The position numbers and the translations under genes were made by a program. A stretch of 41,484 bases of DNA from a virus. Its lineage: Duplodnaviria; Caudoviricetes. Positions 1 through 8,807 of this stretch are shown here, piece after piece (position 1 is the first letter of the stretch; each line of letters opens with the position of its first letter). The stretch lies in IMG/VR virus record IMGVR_UViG_3300010354_000194, positions 1-41,484 of that record; one strand, written 5' to 3'. The notes under the pieces are model-generated. The model did not search any database, was not told the DNA's origin, and was given only the letters and a program-made list of their open reading frames with translations.

Positions 1-254
1 GTTGGTGTCCCTCCTTCGTTCAGGTGCTGGCGCATTATATCGTCGTCACCGGCCTCCTTCATTGCGCGCCGAATGGCTTTCCGCAGGTCGCAACCATTAA
101 ACCAAACCGGCTGGCCATCCACGTTCAGCCAAATCGTGTTTGAATCGAGCAGTTCCTTGTCCTCCCGCAGCGCGGCGTTTTCCCGCTCCAGCTCGCGTAT
201 CCGGCGTGCGGCTGCATCGGGATTAGCTTTCGCCCATTGCCACGTTGCGCTCAC
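1..254 (-). CDS. Hypothetical phage protein, partial (runs off the left edge); not in ORF track
   Basis: GTG at 254 overlaps the stop of 251..589 (GTGA); reads MSATWQWAKANPDAAARRIRELERENAALREDKELLD... open to position 1. Confidence 0.75.
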   Translation of the reverse strand, partial: MSATWQWAKANPDAAARRIRELERENAALREDKELLDSNTIWLNVDGQPVWFNGCDLRKAIRRAMKEAGDDDIMRQHLNEGGTP

Positions 255-589
255 GGCTGCGCCTCCTTTCGTGCAGCGTCGAGAGCAGCGCGTGCAATCC
301 TAAACAACCCACGGGCAGCAGATGGAGGGATGTCTCCACCCGTGTCCTCCCATGCGAGCCACGGGGTGAGCGCAGCACGCAGCGCGGCGTTCTCGCGCCG
401 TAGACTTTCACGTTCGTCGATGGCTTGCTCGTACATGACGCATAAATCTTCGCGTGACCATGCGGTATGTTTGTCTCGCATCGTTGTGAGCGCGGCCCGC
501 AGCGATGCGTTTTCTGCGCGCAGGTCGCGTACGGTGTTAACGACCTCTGTCGGGATTTCGACGATGAGTGTGGGGGGAGGATAGCTCAC
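251..589 (-). CDS. Hypothetical coiled-coil phage protein
   Basis: 112 aa; GTGA-coupled on both sides; internal repeat RAENASLRAAL / RRENAALRAAL. Confidence 0.75.
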   Translation of the reverse strand: MSYPPPTLIVEIPTEVVNTVRDLRAENASLRAALTTMRDKHTAWSREDLCVMYEQAIDERESLRRENAALRAALTPWLAWEDTGGDIPPSAARGLFRIARAALDAARKEAQP

Positions 590-975
590 TGTGCACCTCC
601 CATCGCCGCCACGACCTTGGCCGCGTACTTCTCAGTGGCCGGCTTGGATGCGCCGCGTGGCCCGCCGTTGTGTATCCGGGCCAGTGTTACGACGTCGCCG
701 CGTTCCCACGCCTGCGGCGCGTATTTCTTCAGGTACGCGCTGACCACGCGGACGCTGTAATCGTAGTCGGCGACCTTGGTGTAGTCGCCCGCAACTTTGC
801 TGTCCTTGTGGTACGGCCGGTGGATCTGCAGCGGGCCCAGCGCGCGGCCGTTGTCGCCGACGATGGCGCCGGCGCGGCCGCCGGTCTCGACTTGGTGCAG
901 GGCCTTGAAAAAGGCCGGAGGGGGAGCGGCGTGCGCAAGCGCAGCCAGCCCGAGGTAGGATGCTAGGGTCTTCAT
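586..975 (-). CDS. Secreted lysozyme-family muramidase, i-type/destabilase-like
   Basis: ALHQVETGG (catalytic Glu), GPLQIH, ARIHNGGPRG hallmark; likely ATG 975 gives signal peptide MKTLASYLGLAALAHA; TCCCTACC upstream. Confidence 0.8.
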   Translation of the reverse strand: MKTLASYLGLAALAHAAPPPAFFKALHQVETGGRAGAIVGDNGRALGPLQIHRPYHKDSKVAGDYTKVADYDYSVRVVSAYLKKYAPQAWERGDVVTLARIHNGGPRGASKPATEKYAAKVVAAMGGAQ

Positions 976-1073
976 GTGTGGTAGGGACGCCGTGCCAATC
1001 GGCGATTGCGCACCGAAATTCAATCTTAATTTACGGCACCGGGTCGGACGGCCTTAGTGGGGTATAGGGGACC

Positions 1074-1087
1074 GGTAATACAACAAG
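1074..1087 (+). promoter_or_regulatory. Operator-like motif GGTAATACAACAAG, copy 1, in the divergent intergenic region
   Basis: Exact 14-bp match to 2136-2149 and 12-bp match to 4465-4476; all at gene boundaries upstream of + strand genes. Confidence 0.6.
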
Positions 1088-1141
1088 TAGTGGTTTGTCC
1101 TTGTGTGTTGAAAACTTATCCGGCTTTTTCCGCGCGTCCCC

Positions 1142-1489
1142 ATGAAAGTCCCACGCACCCAGCGCCGCGCCGTGACGACGTTGCGCCCTCCCCAGAAGAT
1201 TGCTGACGCGATCGACTGTCACGCCCACCACTGGAAGCTGCACCGCTCCGAGGTTATCCGCGGAGCTCTCGACAGCTTCTTGTCTAATCCGGGGACGCAC
1301 CCGCCGCATGGCCCGGTGCGTCTGTTATACGCGAAGCTCAACAGCAAGTTGGTCGCCGCACCGCTGGCGTTTTCCTGTGAGCCCGGGCGCCTGAAATTCT
1401 ACCGCCAGTCGGCCGACGAGCTCGGTTACGGCAGTCTCGCGGGGTTAGTCTCTATCGCTGTCGCGTCCGTGCACAGAATTGAACCATGA
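1142..1489 (+). CDS. Tandem ribbon-helix-helix transcriptional regulator
   Basis: AVTTLRPPQKIADAID...HRSEVIRGALDSFL fits the RHH strand-helix-helix pattern; second degenerate unit PLAFSC...SLAGLVSIAV; first gene of the rightward arm. Confidence 0.6.
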   Translation: MKVPRTQRRAVTTLRPPQKIADAIDCHAHHWKLHRSEVIRGALDSFLSNPGTHPPHGPVRLLYAKLNSKLVAAPLAFSCEPGRLKFYRQSADELGYGSLAGLVSIAVASVHRIEP

Positions 1490-1689
1490 ACCTGAAACAA
1501 CTCGAAGAAGCTGTCATCGCGCTGCGTGCGCGGGGCCATCATCCACTGACGCCAGTTGTGGTGCAGGACTGTGACCACAGTACGGTTCCGATCGACCGGC
1601 TCGAAATTCGGCGCGGCATCGTCACGCTCCTACCTGACTGGGTCGAGGCTGTGCCTGACGATGACGATGACGAGGAGGAATTCGCATGA
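1486..1689 (+). CDS. Hypothetical protein with acidic tail
   Basis: 67 aa; ATGA overlaps on both sides. Confidence 0.7.
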   Translation: MNLKQLEEAVIALRARGHHPLTPVVVQDCDHSTVPIDRLEIRRGIVTLLPDWVEAVPDDDDDEEEFA

Positions 1690-1796
1690 GCCGTGTCATC
1701 GAGTGGATCTACCTCTCCGCGTTCGCGGTGGTCCTGTTCGTCCTGTGGCCGTTCATCCGCGGGCCGAAAGGAGGCGACGATGAGCAGCTACGCTGA
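1686..1796 (+). CDS. Small single-pass membrane protein, 36 aa; not in ORF track
   Basis: ATGA-coupled; MSRVIEWIYLSAFAVVLFVLWPFIRGPKGGDDEQLR. Confidence 0.6.
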   Translation: MSRVIEWIYLSAFAVVLFVLWPFIRGPKGGDDEQLR

Positions 1797-2136
1797 GTCC
1801 GCGTCGAGCGCCATCCGCACGCTCGAATTTTTGATGACCAAACACGGCAAGGCTTTTGACAAGCCCGCCGCGCCGCGAGTGCCGCGTGACGTGTTGGCGG
1901 CGATTCCGCGGGTTGCCGCGCACACGCCGCAGGTCCTCGTCAAGGTCACGCCTCAACTGCACGACACCATCTACGCGGAGGCGACGACCACGTTTCGTTC
2001 GCACCGCGAGATCGCAGCGCACTTTGGCGTGTCTGCGACCAACGTGTCGCGTATCGCGAGCCGGCGGCACCCGATGTACGACCCGCAACGCAGTGAGGCG
2101 TTCCGGTACGCGCACCTTAAAAAGCCGGCGGCGTAG
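1780..2136 (+). CDS. HTH DNA-binding protein
   Basis: ATG 1780 follows AAAGGAGG; C-terminal SHREIAAHFGVSATNVSRIA helix-turn-helix. Confidence 0.7.
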   Translation: MSSYAESASSAIRTLEFLMTKHGKAFDKPAAPRVPRDVLAAIPRVAAHTPQVLVKVTPQLHDTIYAEATTTFRSHREIAAHFGVSATNVSRIASRRHPMYDPQRSEAFRYAHLKKPAA

Positions 2137-2149
2137 GTAATACAACAAG
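2136..2149 (+). promoter_or_regulatory. Operator-like motif copy 2
   Basis: GGTAATACAACAAG identical to 1074-1087. Confidence 0.6.
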
Positions 2150-2187
2150 GCCCTTCACACCGAGGCTGCACCCGCTATTCCGGCGGG

Positions 2188-2676
2188 ATGCAGCCTTCGC
2201 TTTTTGTGGCCATCGATCCCGGGGCGTCCGGCGCCTACGTGGTTCGGCGGCCTGACGGCGCGTTGTCGTCGGTTGGCGAGTACTCGGACCCGGCCGACGT
2301 GGTGAAGCTCTGTGCATTTCTGCGCGCTAACAATTTGTCAATTTTCCCGATCGTTGCGGTCATCGAGCAAGTCTGGGGGTCGCCCGTGATGGGGGTGTCG
2401 GCGGCGTTCTCGTTCGGAGAAAACTACGGCGGCTGGTGCATGGCAATGCGGGTTGCCGGGATCCCTCTCTTCTCGGTGACGCCGCAAGCGTGGCAGAAAA
2501 TCGTGGCGCCCGACGTCGCCGGCCAAGGGCCGGACCGCAAGCGGGCGCTTAAGGCCCGGGCGGCATCTTTGTTCCCCGATCTGCGCGTCACGCTGGCCAA
2601 CGCGGATGCGCTCCTGCTGTCGCAGTATTGCGTGGAGCAGCTCCGCGCCGGCGCGTCGCTCGGTAAATCCATCTAG
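2188..2676 (+). CDS. RuvC-like Holliday junction resolvase
   Basis: VAIDPG, VIEQV, AFSFGENYG, PQAWQK and ADALLL acidic motifs. Confidence 0.85.
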   Translation: MQPSLFVAIDPGASGAYVVRRPDGALSSVGEYSDPADVVKLCAFLRANNLSIFPIVAVIEQVWGSPVMGVSAAFSFGENYGGWCMAMRVAGIPLFSVTPQAWQKIVAPDVAGQGPDRKRALKARAASLFPDLRVTLANADALLLSQYCVEQLRAGASLGKSI

Positions 2677-2680
2677 ACTG

Positions 2681-3964
2681 GTGCAACCGCTCCCGTTCCA
2701 GACCGACGCGGTGGCGCACCACGTCCGCCTCCTGCGCGAGCGCGGGGCCTCGGCGGAGGCGAGCGTCGCGGGGTTCGGCAAGACGTTCGTGGCGTCGTTC
2801 GTCGCGAAAGAGCTGCAGCACCCGATGGTCGTGCTGTGCCCGAAGGTGGTCATACCGCACTGGATACGTGCTGCGCAGGCCGTCGGCGCCCCCGTCCGCT
2901 GCGTGAGCAACTACGAGCAGTACAAGCTCGGCCACACCGGCACGGGCGAGTGGGCGATAAAAAATCGGCGGTGGGCGTGGAAGCTACCCAAGCCGTCGCT
3001 GTTGGTGTTTGACGAGGCCCACGTCTGCAAGACCCGCACGTCGCAGAACGCGAAGCTGCTCGTAGCAGCGAAGAGGCAGGGCATCCCGACAATGGTGATG
3101 AGCGCCACTCTGGCGGTGGACCCGATGGACCTTTACGCGGCGGGATACCTGCTCGGCCTGCACAGCGGCGACCATTTTGACTGGCAGGGCTGGCAGTCCC
3201 GGTTCGGCGTCATCCGCAACGGATTCGGGTTTGCCTTTGATCCGCGACACGACCCGACAGCTCTGAAGCGTCTGAATTCCGAGCTGTTTCCTAGTCGCGG
3301 CCACCGGAAAACGTACGACGAGATTCCCGGATTCCCGGAAGCCACGACCGACGTTCGTGAAGTGCACGGTGATCTCGACAAGCTGCAAGCGATGGAGGCG
3401 GCGTGGGTGCGCACAGGCCAACTTGAGCAGCTCAGGAATGAGGCGATCAACGCCGCGGTGGAGCGGCTGCGGGCCCGGCAACTGGCGGAGTTGGCGAAGG
3501 TGCCGGCGATCATAGACCTCGCCCGCGACCTGATCGCCTCGGGACTTTCCGTTCCAGTCTTCCTGAATTTCCACGACTCGATCGACGCGGTGGCCGCGGC
3601 CCTTGAGTGCCCGGTCATCGACGGCCGAGCAAGCGACTCGGCACGCATTGCGGCCATTCAGGGGTTTCAGATCGATCGCCACCGTTGCCTCGTGTTGCAA
3701 ACGGGAGCCGGCGGAGTCGGTATCAGTCTGCACGATACGATAGGTCGTCACCCGCGGCACGCGCTTATCAGCCCGCCGGAGAACGCCCGCGACCTGATCC
3801 AGACGCTCGGCCGGGTGCGGCGCGTGGGGCAGAAGACTCCGTCTTTCCGTTCAATCGTCACGCTGGCGAACAGCATCGAGCGGCGCGTGAAGGCGGCCGT
3901 TGAGCGCAAGGCCGCGCAGATCGAGACGATTAACGACGGAGATCTCGACCCACTTCACGCATGA
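2681..3964 (+). CDS. SF2 (SNF2/DEAH-type) helicase
   Basis: GFGKT, FDEAH, MSAT, GVGISL, QTLGRVRR; probable GTG start at 2681 just after the resolvase stop (track ORF begins 2606). Confidence 0.9.
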   Translation: MQPLPFQTDAVAHHVRLLRERGASAEASVAGFGKTFVASFVAKELQHPMVVLCPKVVIPHWIRAAQAVGAPVRCVSNYEQYKLGHTGTGEWAIKNRRWAWKLPKPSLLVFDEAHVCKTRTSQNAKLLVAAKRQGIPTMVMSATLAVDPMDLYAAGYLLGLHSGDHFDWQGWQSRFGVIRNGFGFAFDPRHDPTALKRLNSELFPSRGHRKTYDEIPGFPEATTDVREVHGDLDKLQAMEAAWVRTGQLEQLRNEAINAAVERLRARQLAELAKVPAIIDLARDLIASGLSVPVFLNFHDSIDAVAAALECPVIDGRASDSARIAAIQGFQIDRHRCLVLQTGAGGVGISLHDTIGRHPRHALISPPENARDLIQTLGRVRRVGQKTPSFRSIVTLANSIERRVKAAVERKAAQIETINDGDLDPLHA

Positions 3965-4275
3965 AGTCTAAACAACGCACTAAGAAACCGTCCACGAAAC
4001 CGCGCCCAGCCCGCACCCGTCAGCAGATCATCGACTGGCTCAATAAGCTCGGCATAAGCCTGATTCTCGCCGACGGTTTTGAGGAGGCGTTTCTTGGCGT
4101 CGATTATGACGACAATGACCTGCCGCGCGCCGTGTACTCGCGCGACAAGTGTATCGAGATACTGTCGCGCGAGATGCAGCACGAAGAGGCCATTGAATTT
4201 TTCGACTTCAACGTCGACTGCGCTTACGTGGGTCACCAGACCCCAATTTACATCGACACGATCCCACAGCCTTAA
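3961..4275 (+). CDS. Conserved hypothetical phage protein
   Basis: ADGFEEAFLG...AVYS..KCIEIL...EEAIEFFDFNV..AYVG..TPI pattern common in aquatic phages; ATGA-coupled. Confidence 0.8.
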   Translation: MKSKQRTKKPSTKPRPARTRQQIIDWLNKLGISLILADGFEEAFLGVDYDDNDLPRAVYSRDKCIEILSREMQHEEAIEFFDFNVDCAYVGHQTPIYIDTIPQP

Positions 4276-4288
4276 CAGCCGCGTTGCG

Positions 4289-4468
4289 ATGGACCTCCCA
4301 CCCCAACCAAACGGCGCGCAGCAGCTCCACACCGAGATGCTGGCGCTGATCAACCGTTATATGCACGAGGCGGACATCTCGATCTGCGAGGCGATCGGCG
4401 TCATGCGGTTGGTCGAGGAAGACGTATTGGAAAAGTTGCGACAGCTTAATCGGCCCGATGCGGTGTAA
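4289..4468 (+). CDS. Hypothetical protein, 59 aa
   Basis: ATG 4289 within track ORF 4079..4468; helical MDLPPQ...RPDAV. Confidence 0.6.
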   Translation: MDLPPQPNGAQQLHTEMLALINRYMHEADISICEAIGVMRLVEEDVLEKLRQLNRPDAV

Positions 4469-4493
4469 TACAACAAAGTGGGCTTGTAATACA
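4465..4493 (+). promoter_or_regulatory. Operator-like motif copy 3 plus a second TGTAATACA palindrome
   Basis: GTAATACAACAA at 4465-4476; TGTA-A-TACA at 4464-4472 and 4485-4493. Confidence 0.6.
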
Positions 4494-4537
4494 TCCCTAA
4501 GCGTGACTCTGCCGGCGCCTTTGCGACTGTCGCCGGC

Positions 4538-5683
4538 ATGAGCAACGAACGCCCGCACGCCGAGCGCAGCGCCTCCCAGCAGGGATCTCTGGCGGTGTGT
4601 CCGGGCTACCGGCCGCAGCCGTCCGGCAAGCGGGCGCACTGGGTTACTGAGCAGGGAACGCGGGGCCACGCGGCTCTGGAATCCGGGGACTCCGGTGAGC
4701 TGGAGTCCGGGTTCGAGGAGCGCATGGTGGCGATGTGCGAGCAGTACGCGTCGCAGTTCGTGGAGCTCGGTTCGACCGTCATCGACGAGTTCAAGGTCGA
4801 CACCATTGAAGGTCGTTGGGGTTACTGCGACCGCTTGGTTGTCTGCGCCGACGGCACTGCGCACTTGCTGGACTGGAAGTTTGTTCGGGCGAAAGAGGTA
4901 GTCGACGCCGAGGTCAACTTGCAGGGCAAGGACTACGTGGTCGGAATTTTTGGTGACGCGCGTTTTGCGACCGTCAACAGCCTGCACGTCCACTTCGTGA
5001 TGCCGCGGCTTGGTGCTGTCACGCGGACCAGCACCCCGTTCACCCGGGCGGACGTGCCTCGGCTCCAGCTCGAGATCTTTGCCAACCTTGCCCGCGCCAA
5101 GGCGACTGACACAAAGCGGTTCCGAGGCGCCTCACTAAACCCGAGCTACGACGTCTGCCGTTACTGCGGCGCCGCGGGCCGCTGCGTGGCGCTGCGCAAG
5201 ATCGCCGACCAGCTCGGTCGCGCCTATGATCCCGAGGGTTACGGCAAAAAGCCCGCTATCCCGGTGCAGACGCACGCAAGCGAGGTCAAAGACCCTGCGG
5301 CCCGTGCACAGCTTCAGGAGCTGGCCGGATTGATGGAGACGTGGTCGGCATCCGTGCGGCACCACAACCTCACCGCTGCGCTCGCCGACGAGAAGAATCT
5401 GCCTGCCGGTTACGTTGTGGACTGGTCGCAAGGGCGCCGTCGCGTGACCAGCGCCGAAGGCGTTCTCCTCGCCGCTCAGGAGTTCGGCATTTCCGCTCAA
5501 GATCTTATCGACGCGGCCAGCCTGAGCTGGACAAAGGTTGAGGAGACGCTGCGCAGCCGCGCTGCCCGCGGCGAAAAGGCGCAGGTAATCGCAGCCTTTG
5601 GCCAGCGGCTGGTTGAGCTGGACGCCGTCCAGAGGCCAGACCCGACCCCGAAGCTGGTGCGCGCCCGCCCCGCCCGCGTGTAA
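4538..5683 (+). CDS. DUF2800-like / Cas4-like PD-(D/E)XK exonuclease
   Basis: HAERSAS..CPG, GTRGHAALE, GYCD...DWKF, CRYC-x5-C; typical position upstream of SSB and PolA. Confidence 0.8.
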   Translation: MSNERPHAERSASQQGSLAVCPGYRPQPSGKRAHWVTEQGTRGHAALESGDSGELESGFEERMVAMCEQYASQFVELGSTVIDEFKVDTIEGRWGYCDRLVVCADGTAHLLDWKFVRAKEVVDAEVNLQGKDYVVGIFGDARFATVNSLHVHFVMPRLGAVTRTSTPFTRADVPRLQLEIFANLARAKATDTKRFRGASLNPSYDVCRYCGAAGRCVALRKIADQLGRAYDPEGYGKKPAIPVQTHASEVKDPAARAQLQELAGLMETWSASVRHHNLTAALADEKNLPAGYVVDWSQGRRRVTSAEGVLLAAQEFGISAQDLIDAASLSWTKVEETLRSRAARGEKAQVIAAFGQRLVELDAVQRPDPTPKLVRARPARV

Positions 5684-5694
5684 TTTTTCCTACC

Positions 5695-6474
5695 ATGAGA
5701 ACAAAAATCAGCCCGAACGCCGCGGAGGAGGCTCCCTCCACCGCCCTTGCCACGGTCGACGAAACGACGACGACCCTGACGCACTACAATGCCGACCAGT
5801 ACGACGACGTGTCCCGCGACGTCGAAATCCCCGTGTTGGCTCTGGTCAACAACGTCGGCCCGCTGGCGACGCAGTTTCGCAACAAGGCCGGCAACTTTGT
5901 CCTCGGCGACAACCTGCTTGGCGAGAAGGTACGGGTCATTCCGGTGCAGGTAATGAAGTTCTATCGCGAGACGTGGCGCGCTGGTAAGGAGATCAAGTAC
6001 GGATCGCCCGAGGACAAAACGCGCCGCACGTTCAACTCCGCGCAGGAGGCCGCGAAGGCGGGCTACGCGATCGACTTCGACGGCGTACACTCAAACCGCA
6101 TTGAGGAGTGCGGTCGCGTCGGCTACCTCGTGCTCAAGCCTGACGGCGACAAGAGCGGGGAATTTATCCTGAAGGCCGGCTCGCTGGAGCTCGCTCAGGC
6201 GAAGTGCAGCTACCAGCGTGGAGGTTACCGCGAGGTGTGGCGCCGCATCTTCGAGCACGCGCACAAGCTCGCCCTTGCCGGTGGCTTGAGTACGAAGGGT
6301 CTTAACCACGGACAGGTCTTCTCCGCCGCCAAGGCGTGGACCCATTCGTGGACTATTTCTGCCGCTGTAGTTACCGGCGCGCAGAATTCGTGGTATGAGC
6401 CGCGCATCGCGAAGGGTGAGGCGCTGCCGCCGGAGGTGGTAGAGTGGATTACCACCAACTACGGCGCGCTGTGA
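5695..6474 (+). CDS. Putative ssDNA-binding/annealing protein
   Basis: 259 aa beta-rich ORF between nuclease and polymerase; function inferred from synteny only. Confidence 0.5.
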   Translation: MRTKISPNAAEEAPSTALATVDETTTTLTHYNADQYDDVSRDVEIPVLALVNNVGPLATQFRNKAGNFVLGDNLLGEKVRVIPVQVMKFYRETWRAGKEIKYGSPEDKTRRTFNSAQEAAKAGYAIDFDGVHSNRIEECGRVGYLVLKPDGDKSGEFILKAGSLELAQAKCSYQRGGYREVWRRIFEHAHKLALAGGLSTKGLNHGQVFSAAKAWTHSWTISAAVVTGAQNSWYEPRIAKGEALPPEVVEWITTNYGAL

Positions 6475-6480
6475 GAAAAG

Positions 6481-6512
6481 CCCGGGGGAGACGCGCGAAC
6501 GTCTCCCCCGGG
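6481..6512. terminator. Perfect 13-bp hairpin, possible terminator or processing site
   Basis: CCCGGGGGAGACG-cgcgaa-CGTCTCCCCCGGG; followed by TGTATT on + and CTTTTCT on -. Confidence 0.65.
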
Positions 6513-6540
6513 TGTATTCACAATCCCTACCAGAGGACAC

Positions 6541-6750
6541 ATGAACACGGGTGACATCCTTCATCACATAACGGTGGCCGGCAAGGCCGAAGATCCCGTC
6601 CAGACGCGGGACGCACTGCTGACCTACCACGAGTGGTTGGTGCGCGAACGGCAACGCATCCGCACCAAGAGCGGATGGCCCGTCGAAATTTACAAATCTC
6701 CGACGACCGGCGAGATCTCGCTGGTGCTGCTGCGGACGAACAAGCGGTGA
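6541..6750 (+). CDS. Hypothetical protein
   Basis: 69 aa; GAGGA and TCCCTACC upstream; GTGA-coupled to the polymerase. Confidence 0.7.
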   Translation: MNTGDILHHITVAGKAEDPVQTRDALLTYHEWLVRERQRIRTKSGWPVEIYKSPTTGEISLVLLRTNKR

Positions 6751-8807
6751 GAGAGCAGATCCAACAGTTGTTGGCCGGCGCCATCGCGCAGCGGCCGGAC
6801 GCGGCGTCGTTTGTCGCAATCGACTTCGAGACGTTCTACCGCAGCGAAAAGGTTGCACGTAAGACCGGCAAGAGCCCGTGCACCGTCGAGCTGTCGGGCA
6901 ACTGGGGGTACTGCCGCCACCCGGAGTGGGAAGCGTACATGGTCAGCATCTACGCGCCTGACGTGCAGTATGTCGGCGACCCTCGTCGCGCGCCGTGGCA
7001 CAAGCTGTATCACCGCACTTGGCTGTCGCACAACGCCAACTTCGATCGCCACGTTTTTGAGCGGCTGGTGGAGCTCGAGATTGTGCTGCCGGTCGACTAC
7101 GTGCAGTGGCACGACACGGCCGACCTCGCGGTTTATTCACACTTACCTCGGTCGCTCGCCAACGCAGCGACCTGTGAGTTCGGAGTAAAGCTAGACAAGC
7201 AGGTGCGGTCGAGCATGGACGGGGTGCGGTGGGCCGACGTCGCGGAGGACGAGCGTAAGCGCGTGCTCGATTACGCGCTCGAGGACGCGGCGCTGTGCTG
7301 GCTGTTGTGGGCCCGGCTGTCTGAGCGGTGGCCGGTGCATGAACGGGCCGCCTCGGTCCACACCGGGCAGATTGAGTTCCGCGGTATTCCCGTGGATTCG
7401 ACCGCCGTCGACCGGGACATCGCGGTGCTTGAGTCGGCGCTGCACGTCACACGGACGCGGATCCCGTGGGTCGACAGCGAGGACGAGAACGGCAAGCCTG
7501 TCGCGTTGCGAAGCAAAGCGGCGCTCGACCGCGAGTGTCTGCGCTGTGGCGTTCAGCCGCCGTCAAGTACGGCGTCGAAGTCGAAGGAGTTTCTGGAGTG
7601 GCTCGACGAGTACGGCGAGCGCGTACCTGCGGTGATCGAGCTCGGCCGATACCGGCGCATCGACCGCACGCTGTCTGTTTATCGGGCGCTCAAGGCGCGG
7701 ATCCGGCCGGACGGGCGGGCGGCGCTCGGCCTCAAGTACATGGGGGCCGCGAAGACCGGAAGGTGGAGCGGGGCGAACAAATTCAACCTGCAGAACTTAA
7801 TGAAGGCGCCGTTGCTTTTCGACGCCGGCTACGGTTGGTCGGAGGATGCAAAGTCCGCGACCCATGTCGTCGACGTCCGCGCCCGGATTGTAGCCTCGCC
7901 CGGGCACAAGCTGATTATCGCCGACCTCTCTCAGATTGAGCCGCGGATGCTCAACTGGATCGTGCGAAACGAGGAGTTTCTCAAGCTGTGCGCGGCGGGG
8001 ATGGGCCCGTACGAAGCTCACGCCCGGGCCTCGATGGGTTGGACTGGTGGCAATCTAAAGAAAGAGAACCCGCAGTTGTACGCGCTCGCGAAGGCGCGCG
8101 TGCTGGCCCTCGGATACGGGGCCGGCTGGCACAAGTTCATTGAGATGGCCCGCGGTTACTTGGGCTCTGAGCAGGAGTTCCTCGCGATCTTTGCGGCCGA
8201 GCCGCCCGAAGGCGCGACGGAAAAGTTCCTCGACTATCTCGGCTGGATGGTCGGCCGACTGGCGCACGCGTCGTCGAAGAAACTGCTTAAAGAGTGGGAC
8301 GTGCTCGATGCGCAGACCCGCAACATCTGGGTGAACGCGTGGGTGCAAGTGACTGAGTTCCGGCGCAGCAACCAGAAGATCAAGGAGCTCTGGCAGCAGT
8401 TTGACGAAGAGATCCTGCACAGCGCGCAGACCACCGGCCCGCAGCGCGGGATACACGAGACCGAGCTGCCGAGCGGCCGCGTCCTGACGTACTTCGAGGT
8501 CACCCGGGCCAACGGCTCTCAGGCCCGACCCAACGACCGCATGGCGATCCCGGTCCGTGCTTACGGGGGCCTGCTTACTGAGAACTGCGTGCAGGCGTGC
8601 TCGCGCGACCTCTTCCTGCACGGCATCCTGAACCTTGAGGCAGCCGGCTACCGCGTTTTGTTTCACGTCCACGACGAAGCAGTGGTCGAGGCAAAGGAAG
8701 ATGCCGACCCAGCCGACGTGGTGCGGCTGCTGACTGCGGTGCCTGAGTGGGCCCGGGGGCTCCCAGTTGCCGCGGAGGCGGAAGTCGCTGCGCACTACAA
8801 AAAGTGA
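6747..8807 (+). CDS. Family A DNA polymerase with 3'-5' exonuclease
   Basis: Exo motifs DFET, HNANFD, YALED; TGRWS, NLQN, motif A DLSQIEPR, motif B KARVLALGYG, motif C HVHDE; GTG start 6747. Confidence 0.95.
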   Translation: MREQIQQLLAGAIAQRPDAASFVAIDFETFYRSEKVARKTGKSPCTVELSGNWGYCRHPEWEAYMVSIYAPDVQYVGDPRRAPWHKLYHRTWLSHNANFDRHVFERLVELEIVLPVDYVQWHDTADLAVYSHLPRSLANAATCEFGVKLDKQVRSSMDGVRWADVAEDERKRVLDYALEDAALCWLLWARLSERWPVHERAASVHTGQIEFRGIPVDSTAVDRDIAVLESALHVTRTRIPWVDSEDENGKPVALRSKAALDRECLRCGVQPPSSTASKSKEFLEWLDEYGERVPAVIELGRYRRIDRTLSVYRALKARIRPDGRAALGLKYMGAAKTGRWSGANKFNLQNLMKAPLLFDAGYGWSEDAKSATHVVDVRARIVASPGHKLIIADLSQIEPRMLNWIVRNEEFLKLCAAGMGPYEAHARASMGWTGGNLKKENPQLYALAKARVLALGYGAGWHKFIEMARGYLGSEQEFLAIFAAEPPEGATEKFLDYLGWMVGRLAHASSKKLLKEWDVLDAQTRNIWVNAWVQVTEFRRSNQKIKELWQQFDEEILHSAQTTGPQRGIHETELPSGRVLTYFEVTRANGSQARPNDRMAIPVRAYGGLLTENCVQACSRDLFLHGILNLEAAGYRVLFHVHDEAVVEAKEDADPADVVRLLTAVPEWARGLPVAAEAEVAAHYKK

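Noticed and set aside
4538-5683. Cas4-like nuclease as evidence of a CRISPR system
   Set aside because: No repeat-spacer array or other cas genes; standard phage replication context
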